From Mobula hypostoma (taxonomy: Eukaryota): DNA of 64,000 nucleotides. Made by a program: the position numbers and the translations under genes. How positions within the stretch are numbered: position 1 is the first letter of the stretch; every line of letters starts with the position of its first letter. Of the stretch, positions 21,008 to 34,494 are shown piece by piece. Below the pieces are notes generated by a model. That model did no database searches. It was not told the DNA's origin and saw only the letters and a program-made list of their open reading frames with translations. Location: the NCBI RefSeq assembly GCF_963921235.1, contig NC_086108.1, forward strand, positions 76,572,001 through 76,636,000, read 5' to 3'.

Positions 21008-24000
21008 GTGAGTGTTATTTACTTACTTTAACTTATTTTTAAATTTTTATTTGCAGATTCAAATGTTCCAGTTAATGTATCACAAGCTTTTTGGTAACTG
21101 CATTTGACATAAACCGTGCTTGACATAAAATAAGTTATCTTACTGAAGTTGCTACTTTAAAATTCAAGCTATTTGAACTCAGAATTATTCCATTTTTCAA
21201 ATAAAAACTCAAATATATGTAGACATCCAGAGTAAATATTCTTGTCAGTATATCACTTTTCAAAATCTGTATTTTAATTTCAGTTATGGGAGTTGGTTTG
21301 CTTGTGAGCAAGGTTTTTAATGGTCTGCTTTTAAAATAAAGCCAAGTAAAGCAAGTACAACTGTATCTTCTAATGATTAAAATTCTTTAAAGGAATTTAG
21401 TGAAAATCAGGTTCAGTGGAAAGCTAATGATATGAATATTCTTATAAAGAAAGGCTTACCACTAGCATTACTCAACAGCACCCTACTTCCATCACCATAC
21501 CCCCCCCCCCAACACTAGCACAATCAACCAAGCAACTTCTGGGAAAAAAGAGAGTAAAGAACCCATAACAGGGAGGAAGCCAATTCCCGCATCGGTATTG
21601 TGATGTTTGTTGAGTGAAATTGCAATCCCAGAAGTTTGTGGGGCCCGTCAGTGTTTTGAGAAGAAAGGTGGGACTTGGAAGATGAGGTGATAATGGGTGA
21701 TAAGCTAACAATCCTCAACTGTGGGAAGCTACTGACTTTTGTTGCTGTTTGTTTTGGTTGAAGAAAAGAAGTAAGAGGCGGCAAGGGGGAAAAGTGAGAA
21801 GAATAACGGAGCTGAAAGAGTGAGGGAGAAAGTGAAAGCAAAGGGAGGTAAAAACCAAGTGGGTGATAAAAAGTAGCATCAAAAAACAAGCGGCGAAGTA
21901 GAAAGACGTGAAAAATGTAGAGGACAAGTAAAGATTTTTTTTCAAAAGTTTGATTGCAGTAGGGAACACAGATGGGCTATATTATGTTAAGAATGAGTAA
22001 TTAATCAGCAATTGTTGAGTCAGAATCCAGGCCCCTATCTTCCTTCCTGTGCCGTTAACAAAAAAAATTAAAACAACAAAACGTGGATGTCTTTGCTTCC
22101 TTCCTGACAAGACCAACCTGGTTGCTTTTCTTCTTCATAAATGTCTTCTGATTTATTAAGAAAACAATTTGGAGCAGTGTTGGTGGAATGGTAACGATAG
22201 GGGAAGTAGTACAAATTGAAACCTATATGAATACTTTATTCCTTTCCCTGCAAGTAAACTTTGCATGGGTGTTCTTACGGCTGTGTTTTGTAGTGCTTAA
22301 CCAGATGTGAAAACACTGATCTTTTCAGTTCTTCCTATTGGATTTCAACTGGCATCCTTTTCACATTTCTTTTAGTGCTTCCCTCCCCTCTTTTCCCCTG
22401 CCCTCTTCTTATGGTAATGATAGGCACTAATATGGAAAAATCGAGAGGAAGGCAGCAGTGGATCGGCGTTGAGCTCTTGCTGAGAGCTGGTATTATGCAG
22501 CCTCAGTCTTTAAGCCTGCGGTGTAGCAAAAAGGATTTGAGAGTTGTAGGAATGAATATTGAGGTGCGAAGGAGACAAGACAAAGGACAATTGGTCTTTA
22601 ACACAATGCCATTTGTTATAAGGCTGAGGTGTGAGTTGCCGCAGTTTAAAAAATACCTTGGCTTATATTCGTATTAGTCATAGAGCTGGGGACTAAATTT
22701 CTTTAGCTGATAAATATGCAATGGCAGCTTTTTAGAAATGTAAGTGCAAATGCTAAGGAAAAGCTGATGGGATGGAAAACCATTGAAATAGTCTGCAATT
22801 AGTCAAAATATGTTTTAAGCTGTTTTATGAATGACGATTTGTTAAACATTAACATTTAATTTTAATAAAGCTACGTTAAAAGCCTTCTCTTCAATATCCC
22901 AGGCCATCTGTTTATATTTTAGGAATTCTTCATACCCTCTGGTTAACCATCTCCATTCTTTGAATGATAACAAAATCAAACACATTCAAATATGAATTTG
23001 ACTTGTTATAAATAACTTTCCACTTGATTTTGAGCATCGCTTTAAATTAAAAATTAAATTTCACTAGACATTCCTCTACTTAATATCTAATTTTTATCTA
23101 GCAATGGATAATAAAGTATTCAGTTTTTTTAAAATGACAGTGTGGTACATTGAGTGCCTAATGTGGATCATTTATAGATGTTCTTTTGAAAATGGTACGT
23201 AATATTTAAAAATTGATAGTAATGTGCCATTTCTTCAGATATATTTATTAGCAAAATTGTTATGATGTCAGTTAAACAATCTATACATTTATGGCTTTAT
23301 CTATTGGTCTGTCTACATCTTACTATTTATTGCTTTAGCTACTTTTAGTTAACACTGATTGCATTGCACTAGCATGTAGGATAAATGGTTGATTTACAAA
23401 GTGGAGTTTCATTACAAAGGCTGTAGCTTGAAATATTGCAGCTAAATGGTAATATGTATGGAATTTTTGGGGCTGCCAGAGGCTTAGTACACAGATCTGT
23501 CACTTTCCCTGAGCAACAACCCTGACGACCTCTATTCAAAGTGCCATCGATTTCCTTTCTTTATTTCTTCCCAAAAAATCTGTTACAAGACTTCTGCCAA
23601 GGGAGTACCTGCTCAATTGTGGCATAGCAGTTCTTTGCTTTTAAACACTGTTCTCTTAGAAATAAAAATGAACCTATATATTAAAACTTCAAAAAATTTC
23701 CTTCAAAATGAAAAACCAAAATATATGATGCTGTGGTACAGATATTCTAGTCCCTGTATTTTAAATGATTTGGATATTGCATGTCTAAACAATAGAGGTC
23801 TGAGTTAAAGGAGTTTATCTATTAACGTGAGCACTGTACTTCACGATTGGCAAAATGTAGCTAGGCAAATATTCAGAGTTGTTTCACTGTTAGAATTTCC
23901 ATTTGTTAAAAATGTATTGTGTGTGATTCGGGTCTTGAGTAAATGATTCAGAAAGAGGCTCGTGACTACCAGTGTACAGCCAATTTCCTGCTTGATTTAA

Positions 24001-27000
24001 ATATTTTATTTTGAATTAATAGAGTTTAGCAAAATACTTGCCTTTACTGTTCAAGTACAACTTTTGAAGTACAAAGGGATGAATGAAGTAGTTACAAGTT
24101 ACTAGTAAGAGAAATAATACTTAAGATAGGTTTTAAAAATGAACGTTTCAAGGAGAGAGGATCATTATGATCTAATTAGAAAAATCTGAAGATCTTTTGT
24201 CTTGGTGGCTTAGCATAAGATTATTTTTATCTTCCGTGCAATCATTTTACATGCAACTTGCACTCTCTCTGAAACATAGAAAAGAAACTTTATGTACTCT
24301 TGCATCTAATTAATGGTTCTTGAACACAGACTCAGCAGCATGTGAACACATCCAACAGTTGTTTAACTAAAAGTTGGGGTGCAGGGATTTCAGGGTTTGT
24401 AGCATTTCAGAATAATCACTGGTCGCTGTTGGAAAATGTGGTATGGAGTGAGGTTGGGGGGGGGTGCACAGTGCTTGACAGATAGCTTCTCAAACCCATA
24501 ATCTGTGTAAGGCTTTTCATATAAAGTCTTGGCTTTGGGTTAAAAACAAACAGCTCCTCAGATGCTAACAATCAATGGCAATGCTGCTTGTACTACATTT
24601 TGCTAGTCCCTGTGCAACATTTTTTCATGTTAGACCTTCTTTCTTTATTTTTCATTTCAAAGTCTTCTGTTCACAGTTAGTGGCCCAATTTAAATTTTTG
24701 TCGTAGAATCCATAGCAAAGTGAGGCATCTGTCTTGTCTATCCTTGTTTTATTTGTAAATGCCTCATTTCTCTGTAGGGGTACTATCTCTGTCTGGCAAA
24801 ACATCTTTATTCTCATCAATTACTGCTCATTTGCCCTCTGTCTACATTTGTGCAATGTGTCTGGTCTACAGAGGCTGAAGGGGAGCTTGATGTTCAGTCA
24901 GTAAACCCACCAGGGAGACTCGGTCAGTATCCTCAGCTCTCTCCGACAGCAGGATAGCACATACAACAAAGCAGACTACTGTCAGAAAGCAAGCTAGCAT
25001 TATACTGCATGTCTATAACCAATTTTTACTTTTAAATACAAAGAATATTAATCATCATAATTTGTTGTTTTCACAATTATATGTTGATACTTAATCATTG
25101 TTAGAAACTCTTCACTTATTACAGCATACATTTTACATTTTTGAAATAATGGCCAGGATTATTATTAGTCAACAGTTTTTAATAGCAATATGATCATTTT
25201 TAATGGTTTTCAAAATAAAAATAAATGAATGAAGTAAATTTGCACCAAATAATGGATAAGCCTGTTTTACCATTTTTATTTTGTGAATTCTCAGTTGCAT
25301 GATCTATCTTTATACCAGATAGGAGAACGAATAAGATGGTAAAGGGTGCAAGCTGAAAATCTTTAATCTCTCAGTATGATTTTCTACTGTTGTTCAATAA
25401 ATTGGTAACATTCAAGTAAATTTTAAAACATATCTTGTTGTATTTTTCTATTTTGCAAATAATTCATTGATTTTGTTGCCATTATAGATTTTCACACAAA
25501 TGTTCAGCCACTGCAATATTAGTATAAGTTGTCACACCTTTCCAAAAAGAACGTGTAACGGCAGCATTTCTGAGCTAATAACCGATAATCCTTTTAAGTG
25601 TTTTAAATCATTTCCACACAGAAAGTATGAATTGTTGTGGAACAAATATTACACAGGTAAAGAGAAACATGCCAAATCTGACCAGTAACTGAGGATATGG
25701 GAGAAAGTAGTAGAGAGGGTTCATCAATGAACAGAAAATATAATTATCTTAGCCTTTAAAGAGGAACAAAATAAGGAAGGAGAAATATAAGTTTTTAAGG
25801 GTTAATAAATGTAGCATTAAAAGAGCCACAGATCCTTGCAACAGGTTTGCCTGTTGCTTTCCAGCTACTTTTCTTTATTCAGCAAGTATCTTGTCCTTTT
25901 TTTTGTGAAAAATGGGTAGCAGCTGCTCTGGTGGGCTGTGTACCGTAAGTATAATTCAGTGTCTCAATTGTGTCTTCCTGCTTGTGTGCGAGAGGGAGAG
26001 AAAGAGCCATCCCTTTGTTTCCTTTGTGAGAGCCAGGTGACAGAGCCAGTGTTGAGAGGGCAGAAAAATAGCAACCGGCAGTTCTCTGGCAGCCGAGATC
26101 AAAGAAGAAGGCAGGAGGTCTTTTCAAATTGGGGGCCCTGGTGTTGAAGCTGTAATCACAGCTTACAGCCAACCAGTTTCTGAAAGATACTAGCCTGGAA
26201 AAGGGGGGAAAAACTTTCCAGGAGTTAAGATAGTTAATTAAAACCAGCAAACAGGTGCCCTAACAGCAGCAGTGAATCAAATCATAAAGTTTTACAATGG
26301 AACGGTTTCTTTAAAGGCATAGGCAGGGGGAAAAAAGAGCAAAAGAATTGGCTTCACCTAGCATGTGGCACATGCCATTTACAAGCTCAGAAGCTTTTTG
26401 GAAGAATATAAACACTTACAGTTTGTTCACAGAGTCTTGCAGATTTAATATATTAAAATGTCCCTTTCGCTTCTGGTGCAAGTCAAACAGCTGTTTTAGT
26501 TTATTCAAAAAAAAAGGCTGTGGTTAATGCAAAATCAGCAGTGGCACAGGGCTTATAAGAAAAAGATCAATCATGGAGTGGGGTGATAAATTAGACACAT
26601 CAGCGAAAGAGAACACCTTAAATCGAGCTGGCTTGGTGACGGGGGAATGTGTGTTGAAGGATGGTGGCTGCTTGTGTTTTTCAATAAATGGAAACATCAC
26701 AATGAATGGAGCAAAGCAGACATTTGAGTTCAGAATGTGGTAAATCTCTTCAAACCCATGTTTTAATGTTATTTTGTACAACTTTATATCACTGTGAATT
26801 AATAACAGAAAGTGCCACATCATTCCTTTTTATAGCTTGACAATAGTAAAGTCCTGCTATTGAGTGAAAAATATAAATATTTTGACCTAGATCATTATTT
26901 TAAGATTTTTGAAATAATTTAGGGAATTTTATATTGGATTTTATCCCATCATATCTATATTTTGTTCAGAGCTTCTGATTTAAGGAGTTAGTTTTTAAAA

Positions 27001-29267
27001 TTCTTGTTGATGATAATTATGTAAAGTGCAAATTTAAAAGTAATTAGACCAAGGACAACAGGTCGTCACCGAGTTGTTAATCACAGAAGAAACCCAGTGA
27101 ATTCACCCCAGCTAAAATGCAGTCATCCATTTCCCTCAGGAAGACAGCTCATCATTTACATTTCTGATAGACAAGATTTTCCATCCTCTTCAGCCCAACT
27201 GTGGAACAAGTATAAGAAAAGTTGGCATCCATATTAACCAGGCTGTCTGTTCACCCCCTAACAGATTGCCATTTGGAATATTGATTGAGAAAGTGAGAGA
27301 GCATCGGGTTTTAAACGGAAAAGAGAGATCTGTGGACAGGGCCTGATGTTGGGGTGGGGGTTCTGGTGGTGCAGGGTAGGACTGAAGAAATAAAACTGAA
27401 ACAGTTTTGCAAAAATACTTATTTTTTACTTCTCAATGCAATCAATAAAAGAAAATAATAGGTCAATCCATTGTAGCAAAGGCTGAACACTTCTTATTTT
27501 TCCTAGAAATTAAGAAAATTATTTATTAATGACTCTTTACACTCAAATAGCTAAACAAATCATTCCCCAGTTTTTTTTCCTACAGCCTTCATAGTTCTAA
27601 TTATTGAACTGTCCTTATGACCAGGAATTAATTTTTGTATGGCCTAAAGTATTCTTTAAATTTATTTCCTTAGCAATTTAAAATAGGAAATAAATCTGTA
27701 AGGAGAAGGTGATAAGGGATTACCAGTCTCGGATATCAGGGTATTAATCCCAATAGTTGTGCTCTTGTCAAATTAATGGATTATATTTTCTCCCTGTGAC
27801 AAATTAATTTTAATGATGACTAGTTTTATTATAAGGTCCATGTTATTGCTTGTAATCTGTGCAACAGTTTTAGGTGTTTTTTTCTATTTCGTTTTCTTTG
27901 TTTAATTTAAAGTGTCCTGTAATTACAGGGGTGTTAGCATATGTGGAGAAGATGATATGATTTATCCTGCACAAACAGCCATGACACAGCTGTTTGGAAG
28001 ATAAAATAGTACAACTGTGTAGCTACAAAATGCTCTCCTTATTATACCTCATTAAAAGCAGGCTGTGATAAGTCAGCCAGGCAATGAATAAAATCTATTG
28101 CCTGTGTAGAAAATAGATATATAAGTACCTTCAGTTGGGGGGGGAGGGATTAAATGAAGGTGGGGGCAGGCTGCTCTGTGTGTGTGTTTATTTATGACAA
28201 AGCTAGGAAGAGAAATAATACCTTCTTCTTCTCTTTTCAGTCTGCCTGTCAGTAGAAGCAAAGAGACTATAATGTTTCGAAGTAATTAGTAAACCTTCCA
28301 GGTGCAACCGAAAGAAACAAATATTTGATTTCAAATATTTTGTTCTTGGTCTTATCGTGTGTTAATTTGACCTTTAGTTATCTGACTACCTGAAATCATA
28401 ATGTCTTTGATCACATCTTTCCATTATCATCAATTGATCACCGTGAAATCTGAAACAGAGGAAAAGTTATTTATCATTGATTGCTTCTTGTGTCATCATT
28501 TTACCATTATTATTATTATTCTTCTTCCTGCTTGAATATTAGAATATTCAAGCCTGAGGGACAGCCTACTCTGCTCTGTTTGAAAATTGGGAAACTTGTC
28601 TGAATTTCTCATATAGAATCACAGGGATGTTAAGAATTTGAAAAATCTTGCATCTTTTCTTTCACTATTTTATGTGGTATCTTATGAATTTCCAGTTCCT
28701 TGTTGTTTGAATAAAAACTGTAAATGATGGCTCTGGAATTATTATCTAAGTAGCTTGCTGTGATATTGTGAAATCTGCTCCATGTGAGAATGCACCTTCT
28801 CGATACTGTTATTTTGCTAAAGTGTAGGGCCTTTGAAACTCTTACATCAATTTAATACAAGGAAAGAAGGATCTTTTCCTGCTACATTTTATGATTCTTT
28901 TTCTCTAAAATGTTTATCAATGAACAGACACATTAAATGAAAATCAGAAATAAAAAGAGCATCAAAAGGAATGTATAAAATATTGTTAAAGTTGTATAGA
29001 ACAATAATCAGCATGAATAAGGATGCAAAAAGGGAAAGAGAAGATTTTCGGTGAATAAGAATGGGAAAGGAGCCTGTGCTCAGTAGATGCTGGGAATGGT
29101 AAGATAGAGAGTATGGTAATATAAATTAGAGAATACGGAATAGAGTTATATAAAGTAAGTGTACATACACTGAAATGCAAGGTGTGAATTCATACGGTAA
29201 GAAAAGTGCACTCAGTGTTGTAATGTAGATAAGATTATAACTGTGAAGTAGGCACAAGTATATAAGC

Positions 29268-30200
29268 GCATAAAAGTTGCAACGGAGAAATGGGCCATTC
29301 AGCCCAATTAGTTTGTCTCATGATTAACACACCTGGAAGCAAATATTTCTAATAATATTTACCCACCCTGTTCCATTATCCCTTTATCCTCTTTTTGTTC
29401 ATCTATCTATCTAACTCAGTCTCAAATGTTGACATAGTTTCTGTCTTAACCACTAACCCTGAAAGTGAATTCCACAGCCTTACAACTCTCTGTGTAAAGA
29501 AGTTTCTACTGGTCTTTGTTCTTAATCTTGTATCAATGGTCCTTCACGGTTGACCCCTCAACTGTTGGAAGCAGTGTATTCTGTCTGTCCTTAAAGATAT
29601 TTTTATAATTTTAGGCAGCATGATCCTATATATGTACAATTTGTATTCCAGTCGAATTGATAATATTTTTAAAATCTTTCTTCACGTCATAATTTTTCTT
29701 ATCAGATCCCATCTGATTCTGTATTTTAGCTAACGATGAAAGCTTTAATATCCTGCTTATAGTTGCAGCCCAGTACTTTACACAGTCATCTAATTTAGAT
29801 CTTATTAAGTTTTTAAATAGGTTATCATTATCTCTTGTCTTTTATATTCCATACTTCTTGTGATAAAATCTAAAATTGCATTAGCATTTTTTTTACAGCC
29901 TCATCAACCTGAGATACTGCCTATTTCATCTTTTGAACCTGTTTTCCACCCCCACTCCAACTCCACCAAATGTCTCTGCTGTTCCACAGTTCTGAACCTA
30001 CTTCCACTCAGATTATAATTACTGGTGTTACTCACTTTTTTCCACACTGCATTTCCTCAGACTTTGTGACATTGAATTCCACCTCCTACACCTTAGCTAT
30101 TGTTTTATTTTATCATCATTCTTTAGAGTTTCATTTGTCTTCTTTTGAATTAACAATATGTCCTATTTTGATATCCTGTGAAAGTGTTGATGTCTTATTG
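29268..30200 (-). mobile_element. Old CR1 fragment
   Basis: ggccattcagccc tail and gaattccacagccttacaactctctgtgtaaagaagtttc (reverse of FFTQRVV..WN). Confidence 0.7.
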
Positions 30201-31099
30201 GGCTTTATTTTAAATTAATACTGTAAATAATGAACAAGTATGGCCCAAGAACTAAAGCCTGCAAGGTAACCGTGATAATTTAAACCTATTCTGAAGAACT
30301 GTGGCTGAGGAAATATGAAAAATCATGAAAAAATAATAATAAAAAGAAGAAATATCATATCATAGGCTTTATAGAGTATATAAATATGAGGACAGATTAT
30401 TTACAGATCAATGCAATAAGTACAATTAGGAAATCATGTTTGGCATGTATTAAGAATACTTGAATAGAAGTATGCATAGAGTATATGTGAATGGAATGGA
30501 ATATAGGTATTCAAAGATTATTTTCTCTTATTATAAAACCACTTCATGAAAAATATGATCAATCAGTGTTTCATTGTCCTGGGTTATCCAACATTTTTAG
30601 GATAGTGTGGTGGACCTTCTTAAAGATGTCAGTGAATATCAAAATACAGGAGTTATCGAGGTTTCACACCAAATCTCTTCAGGAAATAATATCTAAGGCT
30701 GATGGTCAGGATTGTTAGCTACAAACCAATCAGTCACTGTATGAAGAAAAAGGAAAATTCAAAACCTTGACTCCATCAAGTTACTAGGTGCACTTTGACT
30801 AAAAACATGTAGAGTAAAAGTGAACATGGTTGCTTCTTACACTTTGCATTATGAATCAGTTTGCTTTGGCTCCAGATTTTCATTAACCAGTTTGCTGGTT
30901 TTAGCTCTCCTTTGAGATGAACCATATCCAAAATACTATTGGTTGTGGACTTTTTTCTTGCCACAAATTCCATACATGCTTTTTCTAACTCTTTCTCAAC
31001 ACACCCAAAATAACATAACAAAAGAAAAGAATAAATGAGTCCATAGGCTTTATAAATAAAGTCATGGAATACAAAAACAAGGAAGTCATAATGAATCTT

Positions 31100-32265
31100 T
31101 TTGAAACACTGGTTCAAACAACAGATCTGGGCAGTATATTTGTGAAAGGATGTGAAAGACTCTGAGAAATTGTATGATTATGAAGACATGTAGTCCTCTT
31201 TTATTGTCATTTAGTAATGCATGCATTAAGAAATGATACATTATTTCCTCCGGTGTGATATCACAAAACACAGGACAGACCAAGACTGAAAAAACTGACA
31301 AAACCACATAATTATAACATATAGTTACAACAGTGCACAATACCATAACTTGATGAAGAAGTCCATGAGCATAGTAAAGTTCAAAGTTTCTCAAATGCCC
31401 CACATCTCACGCAGACGGGAGAAGGAAGAAAAACTCTCCCTGCCATGCCGACCACAATCCGACTCTGAGTCATCCGAAAACTTCGAGCTCTGATCAGCTC
31501 TCCGACACCGAGTACCGAGCGTCATCTCTGTCCGAACGATTTGACCTCCTTCTCGGTCGCCAAAAGCAGGCAAGGCCGGGGATTTTGAGGCCTACCCTCA
31601 GAAAGATTCCCGACCACACAGTAACGACAGCAGGGAACGGGCGTTTCAGAAATTTCTCCAGATGTTCCTCTGTGCTTTCAAGTCCATTCTCCATCAAATC
31701 AGAATTGTCCACGGCCCCTATTTAACAGATATGATATCATTTTTCACCGGAGGGCTGCGCACACGCAGGCATGCCACCACCTTCTCCTCCCAAATTGTAG
31801 AGCAATTTGCTAGAATTATTCCAGGATTGAATGATTGTAGAGTTACATACATAAACTGGAGAAGCTGGGATTGCTCTCCTTGGTACAGAGGAAATCGAGA
31901 GGGGGATCTTACCAATGTGTTTAAGATCATGAAGAATCTAGACAGAGAAGGCTGAGGGAAATTTTTCCTATTGACAAGAAATATCAACAACCAGGGTCTG
32001 TAGGATGAAGGTGAATGGCAAAAGAATAAAAAATGAGATGAGAAAAGAAATCCTTGTGCAGCTAGTGGTTAGAATCTGGAATGTACTGCCTGAGGTAATA
32101 CTGGAAACACACTCATCAAAGAAATAAATTGTAAGGAATGTAAATACAGTGCCACTTGAGGAGGGCAAATGAATGGGGAACTGGCTGGATTGCACTTGCA
32201 CAGAGCCAATACAGACTCAGTAGCTTGAGTGGTATCCTTCTATACTGTAGACATCCTGTGTTCTC
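31100..32265 (+). mobile_element. Old CR1 3' fragment interrupted by a 617-bp insertion
   Basis: aaggatgtgaaagactctgag[aaattgta]gagcaatttgctagaattattccagga rejoins across the insert as CR1 KDV...RIIPGL. Confidence 0.7.
31175..31791 (-). mobile_element. Non-autonomous non-LTR retroposon with 8-bp TSD
   Basis: TSD aaattgta (31167-31174, 31792-31799); CpG-rich 5' part; AATAAA and short-repeat tail at minus-strand 3' end; no meaningful ORF. Confidence 0.7.
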
Positions 32266-32424
32266 TGATTAAATTACACTCTTTCATCACCGGTGGCCTC
32301 ACTAGCCTTCATTGGCTGTTTGCCTTCACCTAGAATTCAGAACCACTTTTAGCTACAAATCGCTCATAGAGCATTATCTTCAGCACACCACTGGATTTTT
32401 CAAGTGCATTATGATCCAATTCTT

Positions 32425-32795
32425 CAAAGTAAGTTTATTATTGAAGTACATATGTGTCACCATATACAACACTGAGATTCATTTTCTTGTGGGCGTACTC
32501 AATAAACGTATAGAATAACCATAACAGAACCGCACCAACTTGGGTATTCAACCAGTAGGGCAAACAACAACAAACTGTGCAAATACAAAAAGAAAGAAGA
32601 AATAATAAATAAATAAATAAACAAACAAACAAACAAACAATAAATATCTAGAGCATGAGATGAAGAGTCCTTGAAAGTGAATCCATTGGTTGTGGGAGCA
32701 CTTGTTGGGGCAAATGAAGCTGAGTGAAGTTAACCCCTTTGGTTCAAGAGCCTGATGGTTGAGGGGTAGTAACTGTTTCTGAACCTGTTGGTGTG
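32425..32795 (-). mobile_element. Rex1/Babar-like LINE 3' end with (AAAT)n(AAAC)n
   Basis: Reverse-complement homolog of 8925-9175 plus gttcaagagcctgatggttgaggggtagtaactgtttctgaacctg (reverse of RFRNSYYP). Confidence 0.75.
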
Positions 32796-33268
32796 GGCCC
32801 TTCAGTACTGTGCTTCATTTTTGGTGTTCAGTACATGCCCTTCTCTCCTTATTATCTGTCAAATGGTGTTATTTTAAATGTAATACCTTGCTGCCCCCAA
32901 TGTTATGACTTGACGTTCTCTATTTGTACTCTGTTGTCTAGTTCAAGCCCTCTTCTCTTTGTTTTCCTGAGTCTCCAGTACTTAGGCCTATTCCCTGGAA
33001 ATTCATTGCTTCACCATCGTTAAAAATCTTATTCATACCTGAGTGCACTTTCAGTAATTCCATTGTGCGTCTACAGCCATTCAGTAACTTTAGACCAGCA
33101 TTAAAAATTTTGGTGTGTTTTCTACGAAACTGCTACATAGATGTGTGATGACATTCCTAAATAATGGCATGTAATGGAATCACAGATAAGACAATATAAT
33201 ATTCACATTCAATTTATTGCGACAATTTGCAATTTACTTCTGAGGGAAAAGCAACTCAAAGTGCATAA

Positions 33269-33580
33269 CAACAGGAATTCTGCAGATGCTGGAAATTCAA
33301 GCAACATACATCAAAGTTGCTGGTGAACGCAGCAGGCCAAGCAGCATCTGTAGGAAGAGGTGCAGTCGACGTTTCAGGCCGAGACCCTTCGTCAGGACTA
33401 ACTGAAGGAAGAGTTACGTTAGAGCAAAACACAATAACAATCATTTCCAGGTCATTTTGCATTACACTCTTCCTTCAGTTAGTCCTGACAAAGGGTCTCG
33501 GCCTGAAACGTCGACTGCACCTCTTCCTACAAATGCTGCTTGGCCTGCTGCGTTCACCAGCAACTTTGATGTATGTTGCT
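33269..33580. mobile_element. Young fold-back insertion of Penelope-like 3' ends with TSD
   Basis: 115-bp inverted arms 33300-33414 / 33466-33580 with 2 mismatches; direct repeat ctcaaagtgcataa at 33255-33268 and 33579-33592. Confidence 0.9.
33363..33400 (-). ncRNA. Minimal type I hammerhead ribozyme (Penelope-associated)
   Basis: Minus: UAGUC-CUGACGA-AGGGUCUCGGCCU-GAAACGUC-GACUG: CUGANGA and GAAA cores, stems I and II, palindromic ACGU helix III, GUC cleavage triplet. Confidence 0.75.
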
Positions 33581-33904
33581 CAAAGTGCATAAGCCTTTTT
33601 TTTAATGCGATAAGCATTTTGTACAAGTTGATCATGTTGTGGCTTTCACTGACGTCCAACTGATGTTCTTTGTCAGCTGTCGGTATCATTTTTCAGTAAG
33701 CATCAGTGTAGAAGTTGGGGTGACATCTGATGCTAATAGCCCAGAGGTTGTGATTGGAAAAGGTTATCAGTTTTCTTGATCTCAGATTTGGACTGCACAA
33801 AGCATGGCACAAACATTCAGCCCAGACTTGCCCATGAAACCAATCCAGCCTGGCCTATCAATTGTCCTGAGAGGCAGAACTAAATGACGTCCTGAAATGA
33901 AAAT

Positions 33905-34032
33905 GAAAAGGCTGCAGACGGTGGAAATCTGAAATAAAAACAAAAAATGCTTGAAACACTCAGCAGGTTAGGCAGCACCTATGGAAAGAGAAACATAGTA
34001 AGTGTTTCAGATTCAAGACTTTTCATCAGAAC
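33905..34032 (-). mobile_element. Penelope-like 3' end fragment
   Basis: ctgcagacggtggaaatctgaaataaaaac...cactcagcaggttaggcagcacct...ttttcatcagaac. Confidence 0.65.
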
Positions 34033-34494
34033 ATTCTGCTGAGTGTGAATTTCAGAAACGTTTCCATGTAGCCTATCATTTTGCTTCCTCTCTGTCAGTC
34101 ACAGACCAGGGCCTTTTTCTTACTGATCACTCCGTATGTTCTTCTTTTACTCCATTGCCACTGTCTGTTTATTTTCTCTCTCCTTCCTTTCCAAATCAAA
34201 CAATCATAATCACTAAGGGCCGTGAGAGAATCTGTGTGAGAGAGGAAGGTTCAGTGTGTGAGGGAGAGAGTGTCCAGAGCAGAACTCTGTGACATTGCAG
34301 AATTTACTTTCTGCTAAATCGGAGTTTAGGTGTGGCATTAATTATACGTAGATCAAGCCGTGCACACTGAAAGTTATGGCGCAACAAAAACAATAAAGGA
34401 AGACGTATGTATGGAGGGTCATTAGGTCCAAGGAATCTGTAGAAAATGGATATGTTTAATAGTGGGAATTTTAAATCAATGCTGCTCAGCATTA

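Noticed and set aside
20332..21042. ORF-track boundaries for RNF220 (236 aa)
   Set aside because: Starts at TTG and reads through the donor; the coding exon is 20380-21007.
33256..33689. Mirror-image ORFs on both strands
   Set aside because: Consequence of the inverted repeat.
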